From NCBI RefSeq assembly GCF_009914755.1, contig NC_060931.1: a DNA stretch of 64,000 nt; one strand, 5' to 3'. Shown piece by piece: positions 18,981 to 40,400 of the stretch. The notes under the pieces are model-generated. The model ran no database searches and was not told where the DNA came from. It saw only the letters and a list, made by a program, of their open reading frames with translations. A program made the translations under genes and the position numbers. The stretch is from the human T2T-CHM13v2.0 reference genome, Homo sapiens. The stretch's first letter is position 1. Each line of letters opens with the position of its first letter.

Positions 18981-19496
18981 TAAGGCATCAAAATACAGAA
19001 TCTTCAGAACACACAGTTATCTATTACGGCAGACACCATTATTTGTCCTCTGGTATGTTACCTTCTGTAGTTACAAAATGTTTAGCTGACTGTGCATAGC
19101 CTGTATTTTGCCCCTTCAACTTCGTCTGGCCAAGTTCTGGGCAATGGAAATATAGGTAGAAATATCCCACAGTAGCTAACAAGAAACCTCCCTAAAAGAA
19201 AAGCTCTTTATTATGTTCTCCTCTCCTACTGGCTGGGCAACAGACCTGATTCCTGGAGCACTGAATGGTGTCAATCTGGAACCAAGAGGGACCAAGGCCG
19301 TACCTGGGGAAGGTGGCTTGGAAGGAACTTAGGTCCAAGGACTTGGTGGGGGCAGAGCCAACACCCAGCCCGGATGTTCACCTCCTAACTGTGTTTTCTG
19401 CACAGAGAAGTTAGCCTCCTTGGTGTAAGCCACTGTTGTTTGGGGGTTTCTTCATATCCTTATGTAACCCTAACAGTGTCTTTTACATTCTATTCA

Positions 19497-19694
<198 letters not shown>

Positions 19695-20354
19695 TTAGAA
19701 AAGAAAGCCAGGACACCCATGTTTATTTGCTACAAATCAGGCTTTTGTTAACATTAGCTTTAGGAAGGACACCTTCTCATGCAGTAGGAATACCAGGAAA
19801 GTTTAAGGAAAAGCTACCATAAGAAGTTGACCAGACCTTACCTAATAGGTCAAGAAGATCTCATACAGTCATCCTGAAAACAGTGGTATTTAAAATTTCA
19901 CTTTTCTCTACTGTTGCCTTAAACTTTAAAATGTCACTGAGTTATGGATTTAAAAGATATGTAGATGTTGTAAAGTTTAATCATATTAGAATAGCGGGAC
20001 ATGCTTGCATTAAAAATTAAGTAAGAGCCCCCTACCACTCTCAAGGTAGATTCTTAACAAGTAAATGAAATTCTGGGCTACATATCAAACACAACAGAAC
20101 TCAAGGACGCCAGCTCCACACCTTATCTATGTAGGTTTCACTCCTTAAACACATACACAGTGAAGTGTTTAAGAGAAAAGCTGAATTTTGTTACATATGA
20201 CTAAATTGTATGAAACCTTACCACTGTCATTCAATAGTTATCACATCCAAGCACAGGACAGGATTAGGAGAGAGCTAATTCACTTTAGTGGTAAGATGCC
20301 CTAAGATGCTTTCCCACAGAATTCCTTATTCCTTCCATCTGTGCCTTCCCTTTG

Positions 20355-20694
<340 letters not shown>

Positions 20695-21102
20695 TAACTC
20701 CTGAAAGGTCATTCATAAATAGATTTTATCTATGTACCTCATTCCTTCACTACTTCCCACTTCAAGCCAGTTGTGCCCTTCCTGGGTCTCTTTTCAAATA
20801 GTCCTTGCAGGGATAAAGGACACATTTGCTCAAGAGTTCACAGTGACTGGGCTCCTAAAAAGGCCAATTCAAGGTTCAAGGTTCAGTAATGCTACCAGTC
20901 AACTAACAGTTCTAAAGTACAGAAGCAGTGCACATAATTTATGCATTTTCCACTTTGTTTACCTTCTAACAATATAGTGAGAAAAACACTTCCAAGGATA
21001 AGCTAGTTCCAAGACACATATTACAAGAAATAGTTATTGAAATGAGCCACAACTGAAGAAGCCAGTAATATGCTTTTGTTTAAAAAAAAAAAAAAAAAAA
21101 AA

Positions 21103-21430
21103 AGCCAGGCACAGTAGTTCATGCCTGTAATCCCAGCACTTTGGGAGGCCAAGGTGGGTGGACTGCTTGAGCCCAGGAGTTTGAGACCAGCCTGGGCAAC
21201 ATGGCAAAACCCCATCTCTTCAAAAATTACAAAAATTAGCCAGGCATGGTAGCGCTTGCCTGTGGTCCCAGATACTCAGGGGAGGCTGAGATGGGAGGAT
21301 CACTTGAGCCCAGGTGGTTCAGGATGCAGTGAGCTGAGATCACACCACTGCTCTCCAACCTGGGTGAGAGTGAAACTCTGTCTCAAAAAAAAAAAAAAAG
21401 AAAAAACAAAAAAGAAAAGAAAGGAAAAAC
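21103..21430 (+). mobile_element. AluJ flanked by A-runs
   Basis: Dimer ending ~55 bp upstream of the L1 5' end. Confidence 0.87.
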
Positions 21431-21631
21431 CCAGTATGTATACCCAATCAGCAAATGTTTCTAGAAATATTAGAAGATATTTTGTCGGGAGGGAGGAGCC
21501 AAGATGGCCAAATAGGAACAGCTCCAGTCTACAGCTCCCAGCGTGAGCGATGCAGAAGACGGGTGATTTCTGCATTTCCATCTGAGGTACTGGGTTCATC
21601 TCACTAGGGAGTGCCAGACAGTGGGCGCAGG

Positions 21632-21940
21632 TCAGTGGGTGCATGCACCATGGGTGAGCCGAAGCAGGGCGAGGCATTGCCTCACTCGGGAAGCGCAAGG
21701 GGTCAGGGAGTTCCCTTTCCTAGTCAAAGAAAGGGGTGACAGACGGCACCTGGAAAATCGGGTCACTCCCACATGAATACTGCGCTTTTCCGACGGGCTT
21801 AAAAAACGGCACACCAGGAGATTATATCCCGCACCTGGCTCGGAGGGTCGTACGCCCACGGAGTCTCGCTGATTGCTAGCACAGCAGTCTGAGATCAAAC
21901 TGCAAGGCGGCAGCGAGGCTGGGGGAGGGGTGCCCGCCAT
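21632..21940 (-). CDS. L1 ORF0 (antisense 5'UTR ORF), intact, 102 aa
   Basis: MAGTPPPASLPPCSLISDCCASNQRDSVGVRPSEPGAGY... matches primate ORF0; strong Kozak context GCAATGG; expression unknown. Confidence 0.7.
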   Translation of the reverse strand: MAGTPPPASLPPCSLISDCCASNQRDSVGVRPSEPGAGYNLLVCRFLSPSEKRSIHVGVTRFSRCRLSPLSLTRKGNSLTPCASRVRQCLALLRLTHGACTH

Positions 21941-22395
21941 TGCCCAGGCTTGCTTAGGTAAACAAAGCAGCCAGGACGCTCGAACTGGGTGGAGCCCACC
22001 ACAGCTCAAGGAGGCCTGCCTGCCTCTGTAGGCTCCACCTCTGGGGGCAGGGCACAGACAGACAAAAAGACAGCAGTAACCTCTGCAGACTTAAATGTCC
22101 CTGTGTGACAGCTTTGAAGAGAGCAGTGGTTCTCCCAGCACACAGCTAGAGCTCTGAGAACGGGCAGACTGCCTCCTCAAGTGGGTCCCTGACCCCTGAC
22201 CCCCAAGCAGCCTAACTGGGAGGCACCCCCCAGCAGGGGCACACTGACACCTCACAGGGCCGGGTACTCCAACAGACCTGCAGCTGAGGGTCCTGTCTGT
22301 TAGAAGGAAAACTAACAAACAGAAGGGACATCCACACCAAAAACCCATCTGTACATCACCGTCATCAAAGACCAAAAGTAGATAAAACCACAAAG

Positions 22396-23410
22396 ACGGG
22401 GAAAAAACAGAGCAAAAAAACTGGAAACTCTTAAAAAGCAGAGTGCCTCTCCTTCTCCAAAGGAACACAGTTCCTCACCAGCAACAGAGCAAAGCTGGAC
22501 GGAGAGTGACTTTGATGAGCTGAGAGAAGGCTTCAGACAATCCAATTACTGTGAGCTACGGGAGGAAATTCAAACCAAAGGCAAAGAAGTTGAAAACTTT
22601 GAAAAAAGTTTAGAAGAATGTATAACTAGAATAACCAATACACAGAAGTGCTTAAAGGAGCTGATGGAGCTGAAAACCAAGGCTCGAGAACTACGTGAAG
22701 AATGCAGAAGCCTCAGGAGCCGATGTGATCAACTGGAAGAAAGGGTATCAGCGATGGAAGATGAAGTGAATGAAATGAAGCAAGAAGGGAAGTTTAGAGA
22801 AAAAAGAATAAAAAGAAACGAGCAAAGCCTCCAAGAAATATGGGACTATGTGAAAAGACCAAATCTACGTCTGACTGGTGTACCTGAAAGTGACGGGGAG
22901 AATGGAACCAAGTTGGAAAACACTCTGCAGGATATTATGCAGGAGAACTTCCCCAATCTAGCAAGGCAGGCCAACATTCAGATTCAGGAAATACAGAAAA
23001 CGCCACAAAGATACTCCTCGAGAAGAGCAACTCCAAGACACATAATTGTCAGATTCACCAAAGTTGAAATGAAGGAAAAAATGTTAAGGGCAGCCAGAGA
23101 GAAAGGTCGGGTTACCCACAAAGGGAAGCCCATCAGACTAACAGCAGATCTCTCAGCAGAAACTCTACAAGCCAGAAGAGAGTGGGGGCCGATATTCAAC
23201 ATTCTTAAAGAAAAGAATTTTCAACCCAGAATTTCATATCCAGCCAAACTAAGCTTCATAAGTAAAGGAGAAATAAAATCCTTTACAGGCAAGCAAATGC
23301 CGAGAGATTTTGTCACCACCAGGCCTGCCCTAAAAGAGCTCCTGAAGGAAGCGCTAAACATGGAAAGGAACAACCGGTACCAGCCACTGCAAAATCATGC
23401 CAAAACGTAA
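22396..23410 (+). pseudogene. L1 ORF1p remnant
   Basis: Start codon mutated to ACG (22396-22398) with early indels; C-terminal 248 aa open (22664-23410). Confidence 0.9.
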
Positions 23411-23473
23411 AGACCATCAAGACTAGGAAGAAACTGCATGAACTAACGAGCAAAATAACCAGCTAACATCATA

Positions 23474-27292
<3,819 letters not shown>

Positions 27293-27652
27293 ACAATGAG
27301 AACACATGGACACAGGAAGGGGAACATCACACTCTGGGGACTGTTGTGGGGTGGGGGGAGGGGGGAGGGATAGCACTGGGAGATATACCTAATGCTAGAT
27401 GACGAGTTAGTGGGTGCAGGGCACCAGCATGGCACATGTATACATATGTAACTAACCTGCACATTGTGCACATGTACCCTAAAACTTAAAGTATAATAAA
27501 TTAATTAATTAATTAATTAATTAAAAAAGAAGATATTTTGTCTTACACAACTTAGACATGAACTACTTGATAAACACTTTCATGGGATTCTCTTGAATCT
27601 TAGATTCCTATTGCATAATACTATAAATTCAGCTCCCAAGTACTCAAGTTAA

Positions 27653-28008
<356 letters not shown>

Positions 28009-28639
28009 CTGAAATTCTTAAAAAGTCTCAAACAACCGCAGAGCAACAGTTTTGCTTTCAAAAATCTCAGGAACTAGGTAGAAATCTTTAAAATTTTAAG
28101 CCGTTTTCAAAAATTAGCCAAAGAAAACAGTAACACTGGGCTCTGACAGCTTTACTAGATGTAGAAACCAATTTGTGCCATTTAATGTCGGACTACCAAA
28201 TGACATCACTCTTCCCACATGGAGATCACTAGTGGCACTAATGGTTCCACCTTTTTCCTGTGAGCCCAGAGCAGAGGCAAAGAGCAGAGCACTAAGCACC
28301 ATAAATCCATGGAGAGATACTGATCACCAACGGCAGAACCCCACATCAGACACACAGGCCGTGCCACTCGCTTGTCCCCCAATGCAGACTTACCAGGAGG
28401 CCATTCCGTAGGTCACAGTTTACTCACCCTGTTTGGTAGGAATTTTAATCGTGTTTATTTAAATCTGAGAGTCTCTTTGTCTCTCTAGACGCCCACCTAT
28501 GACACAGGTGAAAAATCAATCCCACTCAAAAGTAGTTGGGCTGTATCCTTTCTGCTACCTCATTTGTTTACATTTTTCAAGAAAAATCTCAACTACTATC
28601 ATCTTAAATCTTTAAAGGAAAAATTCAGTTAATTGTTTC

Positions 28640-28907
<268 letters not shown>

Positions 28908-29239
28908 TAAACAACTTTAAGCCTTTGGTTTCCTCTGAAGAAAATATTTTTAACAAAAACACTCCAGAAATAACAAAAGGGCTGGTTCTTTGAATATAAG
29001 GAATAACTTTTGCCTATTTTCCAATAAAATTGAAATGGGAAAGGATAACTGGACAAGAGAAAAATTAAAGTACAACAATGTGCTAACAAATCTGAAAATA
29101 GCAAGAATTTGTCTAGGAATTACCAAGGTTAATCACAAAAACTTATACATGACCAAGTAATTTAGACCTCTACAATCAACTACCTACCTAACCTAAAGTA
29201 AGTGCTATACCCAAACAGCTTCAGTACTTCGTTCTTTCA

Positions 29240-29701
<462 letters not shown>

Positions 29702-30365
29702 TTACCTTAACTTGGATATCTTTTTTCACTCAAACGTCCCTACTGCATTTTGACAAGAGTATTCCCTCAAATAGATATACCACAGTTGATTTACCTCACC
29801 TACAGTGTGTGTGCATAGTTTCCAACTTCAATGTTTCAATAAAATCTTTGTACATAAAATTTGTGCCCTGTTTGAATACCTCTACTGCAACACGTTCTTA
29901 GAAGTAGAACTGCTGAGTCAAAAGGGCCTGAACATTTAAAATTGGTAAATATTAAATTCCCATACAAAAAGGCCCCTGCTCAGTCTATGGAATTCTAGTT
30001 ATTCCATTCCAGTAGGACTCCAGTTAATACATTTATGATACCTTTGAATACTGCCTTTGTTTTCACATAAGAGTAGTGGAGATGGGTAAAAAGCATGCTG
30101 AGATAAAAATTCAGGTTGAGGCAAAAATAACTTTGACAAGGGTGAGTGTATGCAGCAGCCATGTGGCAAGATCAGTTTGGGTCTCCTCTGTGTGAGGTGC
30201 TGTGCATGACCTCATTTGTACCCCACAACAGATCCAATTTCTAGAAACTAACAACATTCTCATTTTAGAATTGAAAAAACTGAGCCAGAGAGGTTAAGTT
30301 ATTTGCCTGAAGTCACACACCACCTGGTGGAGCCACGATTCAAACCTGGGTTTCTCTATCTCCTA

Positions 30366-30770
<405 letters not shown>

Positions 30771-31072
30771 TTATATTATATATATATTTCTCTAGAGCTG
30801 TCAAAAATATACATGAAAGCTTTAAAGAAAAGTGCCCACTAGAACTGTCACTCGAGGGGCTGCCTTCCCCTCTCCTCTCACAAGTCCCTTGATTGGCCTT
30901 GGTATGACTTCCTGTGAGTCAAAAGAAATTTCTTTTGCGTAGTTGGCAAAAGCTTAAACCTATGATCATCAAAATGCTAAAAAGGGCATCCAGAGACAGT
31001 CAGTTATTTTTATTTTGAAAAATAGGGGTGGACTGAAGATTAAGAACTGAAAGCAACAACTGAAAGCAAGCA

Positions 31073-31540
<468 letters not shown>

Positions 31541-31974
31541 TAAAAGTGAAAGGCATGATTTATACTAAGATGATTTCTTCCTTTCTTTAATAAATTTATT
31601 GACCATAAAATACATGTACTACCATGATGATTTGGGACCATGATGATTTGGAACTGTCTGTCAATTTTAAAAGTTTGTGCTCTTTGACTTAGAAGTTCTA
31701 TTACATAAATTCTTAGAAGTATTTGTACCAAGGCACAGAAGTTTATGTTTAAAAATTTGATTGCATCATTACATGAATTAGTGAAAAATGGAAAACTGAA
31801 CTTTCTGAAAATCTTTATAAAGCACCTTCAGATATAGCTAAATAACTGTCAGGTGAAGATAAAGGAATTGAAACTTTTAAGTTGCAAAGTATCTTAAACG
31901 TGCATAAGATGGGTGTGTACAGATGAGACAGAGTGAGACTCTGTCTCAAAAACAAAAACAAAAAACAAACAAAA

Positions 31975-32597
<623 letters not shown>

Positions 32598-34483
32598 ACT
32601 AGTTTCCTACAAATGAAAATCACTTAAACTCTATTGTCTCTTCCTTTATATCTTCAATCCCCATCATGTACCTCTTATTTATGTAAGAGTTAACCCAAAA
32701 TTCAATTCATCATCTCTAATCACCCACCCATCTCTAATCATTTGTTTCTTCAGCACCTGTATAAACAGATGTACTAAATTTGTACCATATTGTTTACAAC
32801 TTGGCAAAGTTCTCTGGCATACTCCATGTTTTCTAGGATAATGTAACACACTGCAAGTATTAATATAGCTGTTAGCTAAATGAAATCTCCCTTCTGGCTA
32901 TTCAGCATTTTTAGAACACATACATCAGAAGAAGACTTGCCTTCCTACTAAACTATTATGTGGAGATTTGTGTTAGGGGCCTGTCCTGCACAGCTTGGCC
33001 AGATCACTTCTGTTTCTCTTCACCAACAAAGAACACAAAATAAAATTATTTCATTCTTCACTATTTAAGTCAGAAGAACAGCATCTCTCTTTGGAAGATA
33101 CTATATAACTCACAGCCCCCAGTGTGTCACACAATTACCATGTGTCATTTATCCCTTTATGGCCTTTTTTATTTTATAACTGGATAGACCAAGTGAATTA
33201 ATGCCAACACTGACTATCAACTGTGCTCAATGTTAGCATTACTTCATCATTCTGGTCCTTGTATCAAGACCATTAAGTTAATCTTGACCATTTTAAAAAA
33301 AATTAAGGGTGGGATCTAAATATTTTATCTCACTAAGAATGTCCGTATTATGTTCTTCTGAACAATATACTTGGGGGAAGCTGGTGGTGATAAAGACCTT
33401 TTCAATGGTCAAACTAAACCTAATGTGTAACTTTCCCAGATTTACCCCACAGTATTTTGTCATGACTGTGTAATTATTTGTTTCCTGGGCTTTGTTCCAA
33501 AAAGAATTTTATGCTGCTTATAAAATACACATAATCTGTAAAGATAAAACAAAGGAGGTGAAGAAATAAGAGCATAGGGAACTGAACACTCAAGATAAGA
33601 TGAAGCCAAAAATGCTGTTATACAAATCTGGCTTTAAGCTTCCTCGCAGCTAATTTTTTAAAAAGTTAGTTGCATGATTTCCCATGACTATGAGAGAAAA
33701 ACTATTCATTTACTTATTAAAAAATGACTATTCCTGGTACTGGTTTCAGAGAGCAATTCCTAAATATCCCCAGAGAACACTAATGTAGCAGCATCCTCCT
33801 CAGAGTGAAAGCCTGGCCCGAACATGCATGTGTCTTAGCCTGGAACACGTCCAAGGCTGCTGTTGTGAGAAACAAAAACAAAGTTATCTTTCTGACATAG
33901 TGATGAAGGGCTGTCCATGTTCTTGTTTTGCTGATGAGAAATAACAAACCCAAAATGAAGCTTAAGCATAAACTTAAGAGAAATGTTGTGTGAAGCTTTG
34001 GAAAAGGAATAGTGGCCAGTAGATAAGGGTCAAAAGGACCAAAATGTAACAGAAAAAAAGGGCACATACATGAAGAATCAATGTGTAGACTTTAAAATGT
34101 CCTATCCTGGAATGAAAACAGAAGCAACAGAACTTGTCAAATAGAAGCAGCAGAGTTAGAAGCAAACTAAGTGTTTTTCCACACCAGGAGATGCTGCCCT
34201 AGAATGACAGACAATGATGTGTGCTGTTGGCAATCATGTCTTGAAGAAAAGTTGACTCATCAGATGTCTGAGGCTTGGTGAAGACATTTCTGAACGTCGT
34301 CCAATTCCCTTTGCTCCAATTTCCTATCCATGAAGCATCTTCTTAACCAAAGATTACTTTTCAAGAAAATTTTCCTCTGGGAATGTAAGGCAGCTCACAT
34401 AAATATGCTGTCAACTTTTGCCAATCATTAAATTGGCTCTCTGGTACACTTCATTCTTATATGGGATTCAGAATAAGCCATGA

Positions 34484-34797
<314 letters not shown>

Positions 34798-35716
34798 CTA
34801 TGCTAGAACAAGCCTGTGTCAGGATTTGGACACCCCAAATAGGCAGATAATTTAAATTTTTACTTGCAAAACTCAGCAGGCAGAGCAAAAGTTATAAGCC
34901 TTTTTCACCTGAATTTAAGTCTATGAGACCTAGGTTGGAAAAGGCCCATTAGCGTTACCCAGTCTTGTTACACATTCCTTCCATTTAAGTTAAGGTCTAG
35001 TTGCATTGTCTGAACCTTTTCTTGGATACATTCTTTGGGACTGAAGGATGTTCACAGGACATAAGCTGCTTCCCAATGGATTTGTGCCAGATGCCTATCG
35101 GCAAAACTTCCTTTGGACTTCTTGGCAGACTCTCAACTACGGCTTGAAATAACAGAAGAACAAAGCTGCTCAACTGAAAGTTTGCATAACTGGTGAAGTC
35201 TGCCAATGAGTAATTCCTAATCATCTATCGTGAAGACATACAAGTATGAGCAAACAGTAAGGTTAAGTGTATTTACTTTGTGGGGGACAAAATCTAAGAC
35301 ATCACAAAGGCATGGAGACATGCATGTCAGCCAACATGATCAGCCTCCAGGTACCTGGAAGGATGCCACGGTTTCCCTTTGGCTTGTAAAATAGATACTC
35401 CTGGGTTTTTTTGTTGTTGTTTTTAAATGGATTTTGGTCTGGAACTGAAACTAAGTTTACTCAACTCCATGACCTGAACAAAATATTGAAGTCTTTAACA
35501 TTAAAAAAAAAAAAAAAAAAAAAAAGGCAAAGAAAGTTTTTCACCATAACTAGATAACCAAGGCTTCTCAGAGATAATAAATGTGCACAGTGAGTTACTT
35601 ACTTAGAAATTGTTTACCAACAAAAGAGTTGCACCCACTGTGAGAAATCTTAAGGAGGAAGACTAAGAGACTCCCTGAAACACTCATCTGATTTAAAAAA
35701 TTCCTTCCAACTCATA

Positions 35717-36005
35717 ATTTTTTTTTTTTTGGACAAGGTCTCACTCTGTCACCCAGGCTGGAGTGCAGTGGCTCAATCACGGATCACTGCAGCCTTGACC
35801 TCCCTGGGCTCAGGTGATCTTCCTACTTTAGCCTTCCAAGTAGCTGGGATAGGCAAAGGCCACCACCCCCGGCTAATCTAAAAAAGTTTTTTTTTTTTTG
35901 TAGAGACAGAGTTCTCCCTATGTTGCCCAGCCTGATCTCAAGCAATCCTCTTACCTTGGCCTCCCAAAGTGCTGGGATTACAGGCATAAACCACCGCGCC
36001 TGGCC
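35717..36005 (-). mobile_element. AluJ
   Basis: Antisense dimer with deletions. Confidence 0.85.
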
Positions 36006-36929
36006 CTTTGTTTCTTAAAGAGTACCTTAAGCCTAAAAAAGTGCTAATCTCTCTTGCCTCTTTCATAAGCAGAAAGCTAGCCATTTTAAGATTACACTAT
36101 CATTTTGGAGACTTCTGAGAAGACTCCAAAGAGGCTATCAAAACTGAAGCCAGCAGCCCTTGGGATTACTTCTGCCAATCCAACTGTATGCTGCCAAGAC
36201 CATCCAGCTAAGGCGACACGCACTATGCCAATTCCAGCTCTTGCTCTGCTTCACTAGCTGCCAATTCCTTCTTCCCTACTGTTTGAGCATTTCTGAAAGG
36301 CGCGTTTCCTGTCATTTATAAACTCGAAGTTTGCCAGTTAAGTACTGTACGAGCCAGCTGCTAGGCAGGAACTAGAGACTTTTTGTCTGTTGGAAGAACC
36401 AACTCTTTGGCTCTGGGGAGACTCAACCTGGCAAGTTCTGGGAAGAAGAGAATATTGTGGGGGAACTAGTAGGCAAAGTTCTAGAATGGAATAGAGGCAA
36501 GGGATTTATCCAAAGAAGAGATGCATCATTTCTACTTTCATGCTACAAAGCAGGAATGAGAAAACATGAGTAGAGAAATGCAACAATTCTAAAAGAAAAA
36601 GGAAGTAGTATATATTAAAAAAAAAAAATTATTTGAAACATTTAGCCATCAAAACCTACTTCTTGACAGGCAATATACATTTAAAATAAAAGCAGAAGTT
36701 CACTGTTAACCTACAAGACATCAAGGATAAACACGATCTTAGTACGTAATCTGTGATAGCTTCAAAGGAACAGCAAGCTTCTCATCAGCAAGTATAGATA
36801 CCAGAATGCAGTTCAGGAACAGTTTAAAAGTGCTGAGAGCAAAATGCCCGTCCATCTTTAACTTTCTAAACCATTTTTTTTTTTTTTTAAATAACATCAT
36901 AGACCCTCACAAACATAAAACAGTATGTT

Positions 36930-37459
<530 letters not shown>

Positions 37460-40400
37460 TTATTTGTATTTCAAAAAGTGGTGACCACTAGGTACACAAA
37501 ATAGTTAAGTATTAGTGATTTCGGTTTAGAAAAAGAACAAAGTCTAAAAATAGTGAAGGCAAAGCTATTCCAACTGAGTACTTGCAACCACCCCCCACCC
37601 CCTGCAACTTGAAGTTATATACTCAAACAACACTTGTTAAAGAATTGTTCCCCTGAACATTAAGCCAGAAAATTGCCTAGCAGCTGTTTGAAAGTAGAAT
37701 TTACTCTAATTGTATCCAGGGACAATATGATTTTCTGAATAATGGTGTTTTCTCTTTATTTAGATGAAAATAACCACAGGAATGGGAATCTGGAATATGG
37801 AATTTTCTCCTCCAGAATTTAGATTCTGCTTTTTGAGAGAACTTAAAAGCTTGCTTCCTCTCTTCCAGGCTCTGGGAGGCTCCTTTAACAGGCAATAGTG
37901 CCAAATCCAGTGAAGCAGACAAATAGCTGTCCCCAACATGTATTTTCCTTTAGTAACAGATCCTGTGTTTAATGGGCACATTGCTGCCCTCACACAGGGA
38001 TTGTCTCCCAGCTTCTCTTGCAGCTAGACACAGCCAGTGGTATGTTCTGGCCAACATGAGGCAAACAGAAGTATGAAAAGCTATCCTCAGGCAGTGTCCT
38101 TAAATAAGGATGCTGCCAATTTTGATCCTTTATCCTTTTTTCAGTTTGAAATGAGGTCTCACCACATTGCCCAGGCTGGACTGAAATTCCTGGGCTCAAG
38201 CAATCCTCCCACCTCCGCCTCCCCAGTAGCTGGGACTACAGGTGTCTGTCACCACATCCAGCAATCCTTTATCCTTCTTGTTGGCTGGAAACAGACCCAA
38301 TAGTTGGAGCTTGAGCAGTTATCCTGGGCCAGGGAATGGCACACAAGGCAGATAGAAGCACCAGTCCTGAAGGATATGGTGGAACCACTTCCAGCCTTGG
38401 ATTGTCTACCCTTGAACTCTTCTCATGAAAAAGGAAAACGAATTTAAGCCATTTTTTTTTCTAGTAACAATACATACCCAAACCTAATCCTGATACATGT
38501 AGTATGCCAAAATAGAGTTAGAAGGGTAAAAACAGACATAACGGCAACATCCCACAGAGGTTTTTGGCATGATATTTCCTACGAGTTGGGATGGCAGGTG
38601 GTCCAGAGAGAAAGAGGTGAGTTTTTTTTCACTCTTCAAAGCATAGAACAAGGTAGAAAAAGGGATATACACAACTAGTATGTATTTGTGCTTATCCTGA
38701 ACTTTTTCTCCCTTGCAATTGGTACTGATAGAAACTGTTCTTTTCAACATTGAAGCGCCCCTCCAAAGACTAGTAAACATTCTTTGTAGAACAGAAGTTC
38801 TTAGCTGGGCGTGATGGTGTGTGCCTGTAGTCCCAGCTACTTGGGAGTCAGAGGTGGGAGGATCACTTGCACCCAGGAGTTCAATTCCAGCCTGGGCAAC
38901 ATAGTGAGTCCCCATCTCTTGAAAAGAACAGTTCCTGACAATAAACGGGTAGCATAAAACTCCTGATGACCTTTATGAAACTACACATTTTTGAGCTTCC
39001 ACCTGCTCCCACTGAGATTTTTATTTATTTAAGTGGGACACAAGTTCTTAACTAATCAAACAGTTGTTGTTAGCCTTGGCTACACATTGGAGTCATCTCG
39101 GGAGCTTTCAAAATTGATACCTTTGCCTCACCCCTACCCCCAGGGATTTTCATTCAAATTGTCTGGGATAATTATAATTTAAGTATGGGAAAAACATTTT
39201 TTTCCCCTTAAGGCAGGGAATAATTAATGCTGAACTTTACAGATTGTCAATCAATGTAAAATAAGAAATAAAAACAGTAATATATGATTTAGGGAAATAT
39301 ATGATTTGGATAAATGATTTAGGAAAATATTCAGTTATAAAGTTGAGAACTCCATTGTATCACTGCCTGGAACACATGTAGAATAAAATATCCACTGGAA
39401 TTCTGCAAAGAACACAGATTGTTAAGACTGTCCATGTTGTTGTATTCCTTTAAGAATGCGAATTTCCTTTGCCTGTCCTTGAAACCACCAGACTGTTACA
39501 TCTTTGCAGCTCTTGCCCTGTGGCAGTGTTTTTACTGTTGGCAGCTTCTGCAACTTCTGTTCTCATTTGCTCCTTCTAATTGCACCTATTTGATTTAGCT
39601 TAAATGACAGGAGAAGCAAGATGACCTATTCCAGTGACATCTTCCTTACATTTACTCTTGGCTCAACTTTTATTTAAGTAAACATCACCGACCTCCTCCT
39701 CCCATTCTTAAAACAAAACTGCCACTGATTTAAGTCATTCAGACATTTAAGACTGTAGAAGTGCTGGAGAAATATAAGTTCTTAATATGATCTCACTTCT
39801 CTCAAAGCATTCTTAATTTTTCTAACATAGGAACCTGATACACAGAACTATACCATAAGTCAGAAAAATGACTAAATCCAGAGAATATGCAGTCTTATCT
39901 ACATATTTTAAAAATAGTTACCTACAAGTTCACTCTAGGAATTTTGGCTACTGAAGCATCCATGTAAGTGTAAAAGACTGATGTCCAAGAATGTTCTATT
40001 CTGTGATCACTTGTAATGTGAAAAGCTTTGTTGATTGGAACATGTCACCAGTATAGAGAGAAAAAAAGAGTTAAAGGGACACCTCAGTTTACAAACTGGG
40101 AATGAAACAGAGAGGTTAAGCAACCCACCCAGAGAGAAAGCTAATTTAGGGGAACCAGCAGAAATGTGGGTTAGATGCGAGCTTTCCTAGCACAGAGTTA
40201 CGTCACATGATCAGCTCATTGTACCTTTTAGTAAGTGTCATTTTATACAGAAGTGTTGGGGACACACCTGCCCTAAACCAATCCTATGACACACACATAA
40301 ACTAGTGGACATGTTCAAAGTTAAGTCCCTAGATGTACTCTCAGATTCCTATTTTAGGCTCATTCTCCCCTATTCCTCCTTAAACCTTTCATATTATTTA

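Noticed and set aside
20144-20173. 9-bp inverted repeat CTTAAACAC/GTGTTTAAG
   Set aside because: Short, AT-rich and expected by chance in 64 kb.
31621-31651. ATGATGA box-C-like motifs suggesting a snoRNA
   Set aside because: Wrong strand for the host intron, no terminal stem or well-placed box D; explained by a short duplication.
34900-35230. Unique-looking sequence with a minus-strand GITHWQ peptide, a possible pseudogene fragment
   Set aside because: Similarity does not extend and stops follow; it cannot be assigned without a search.
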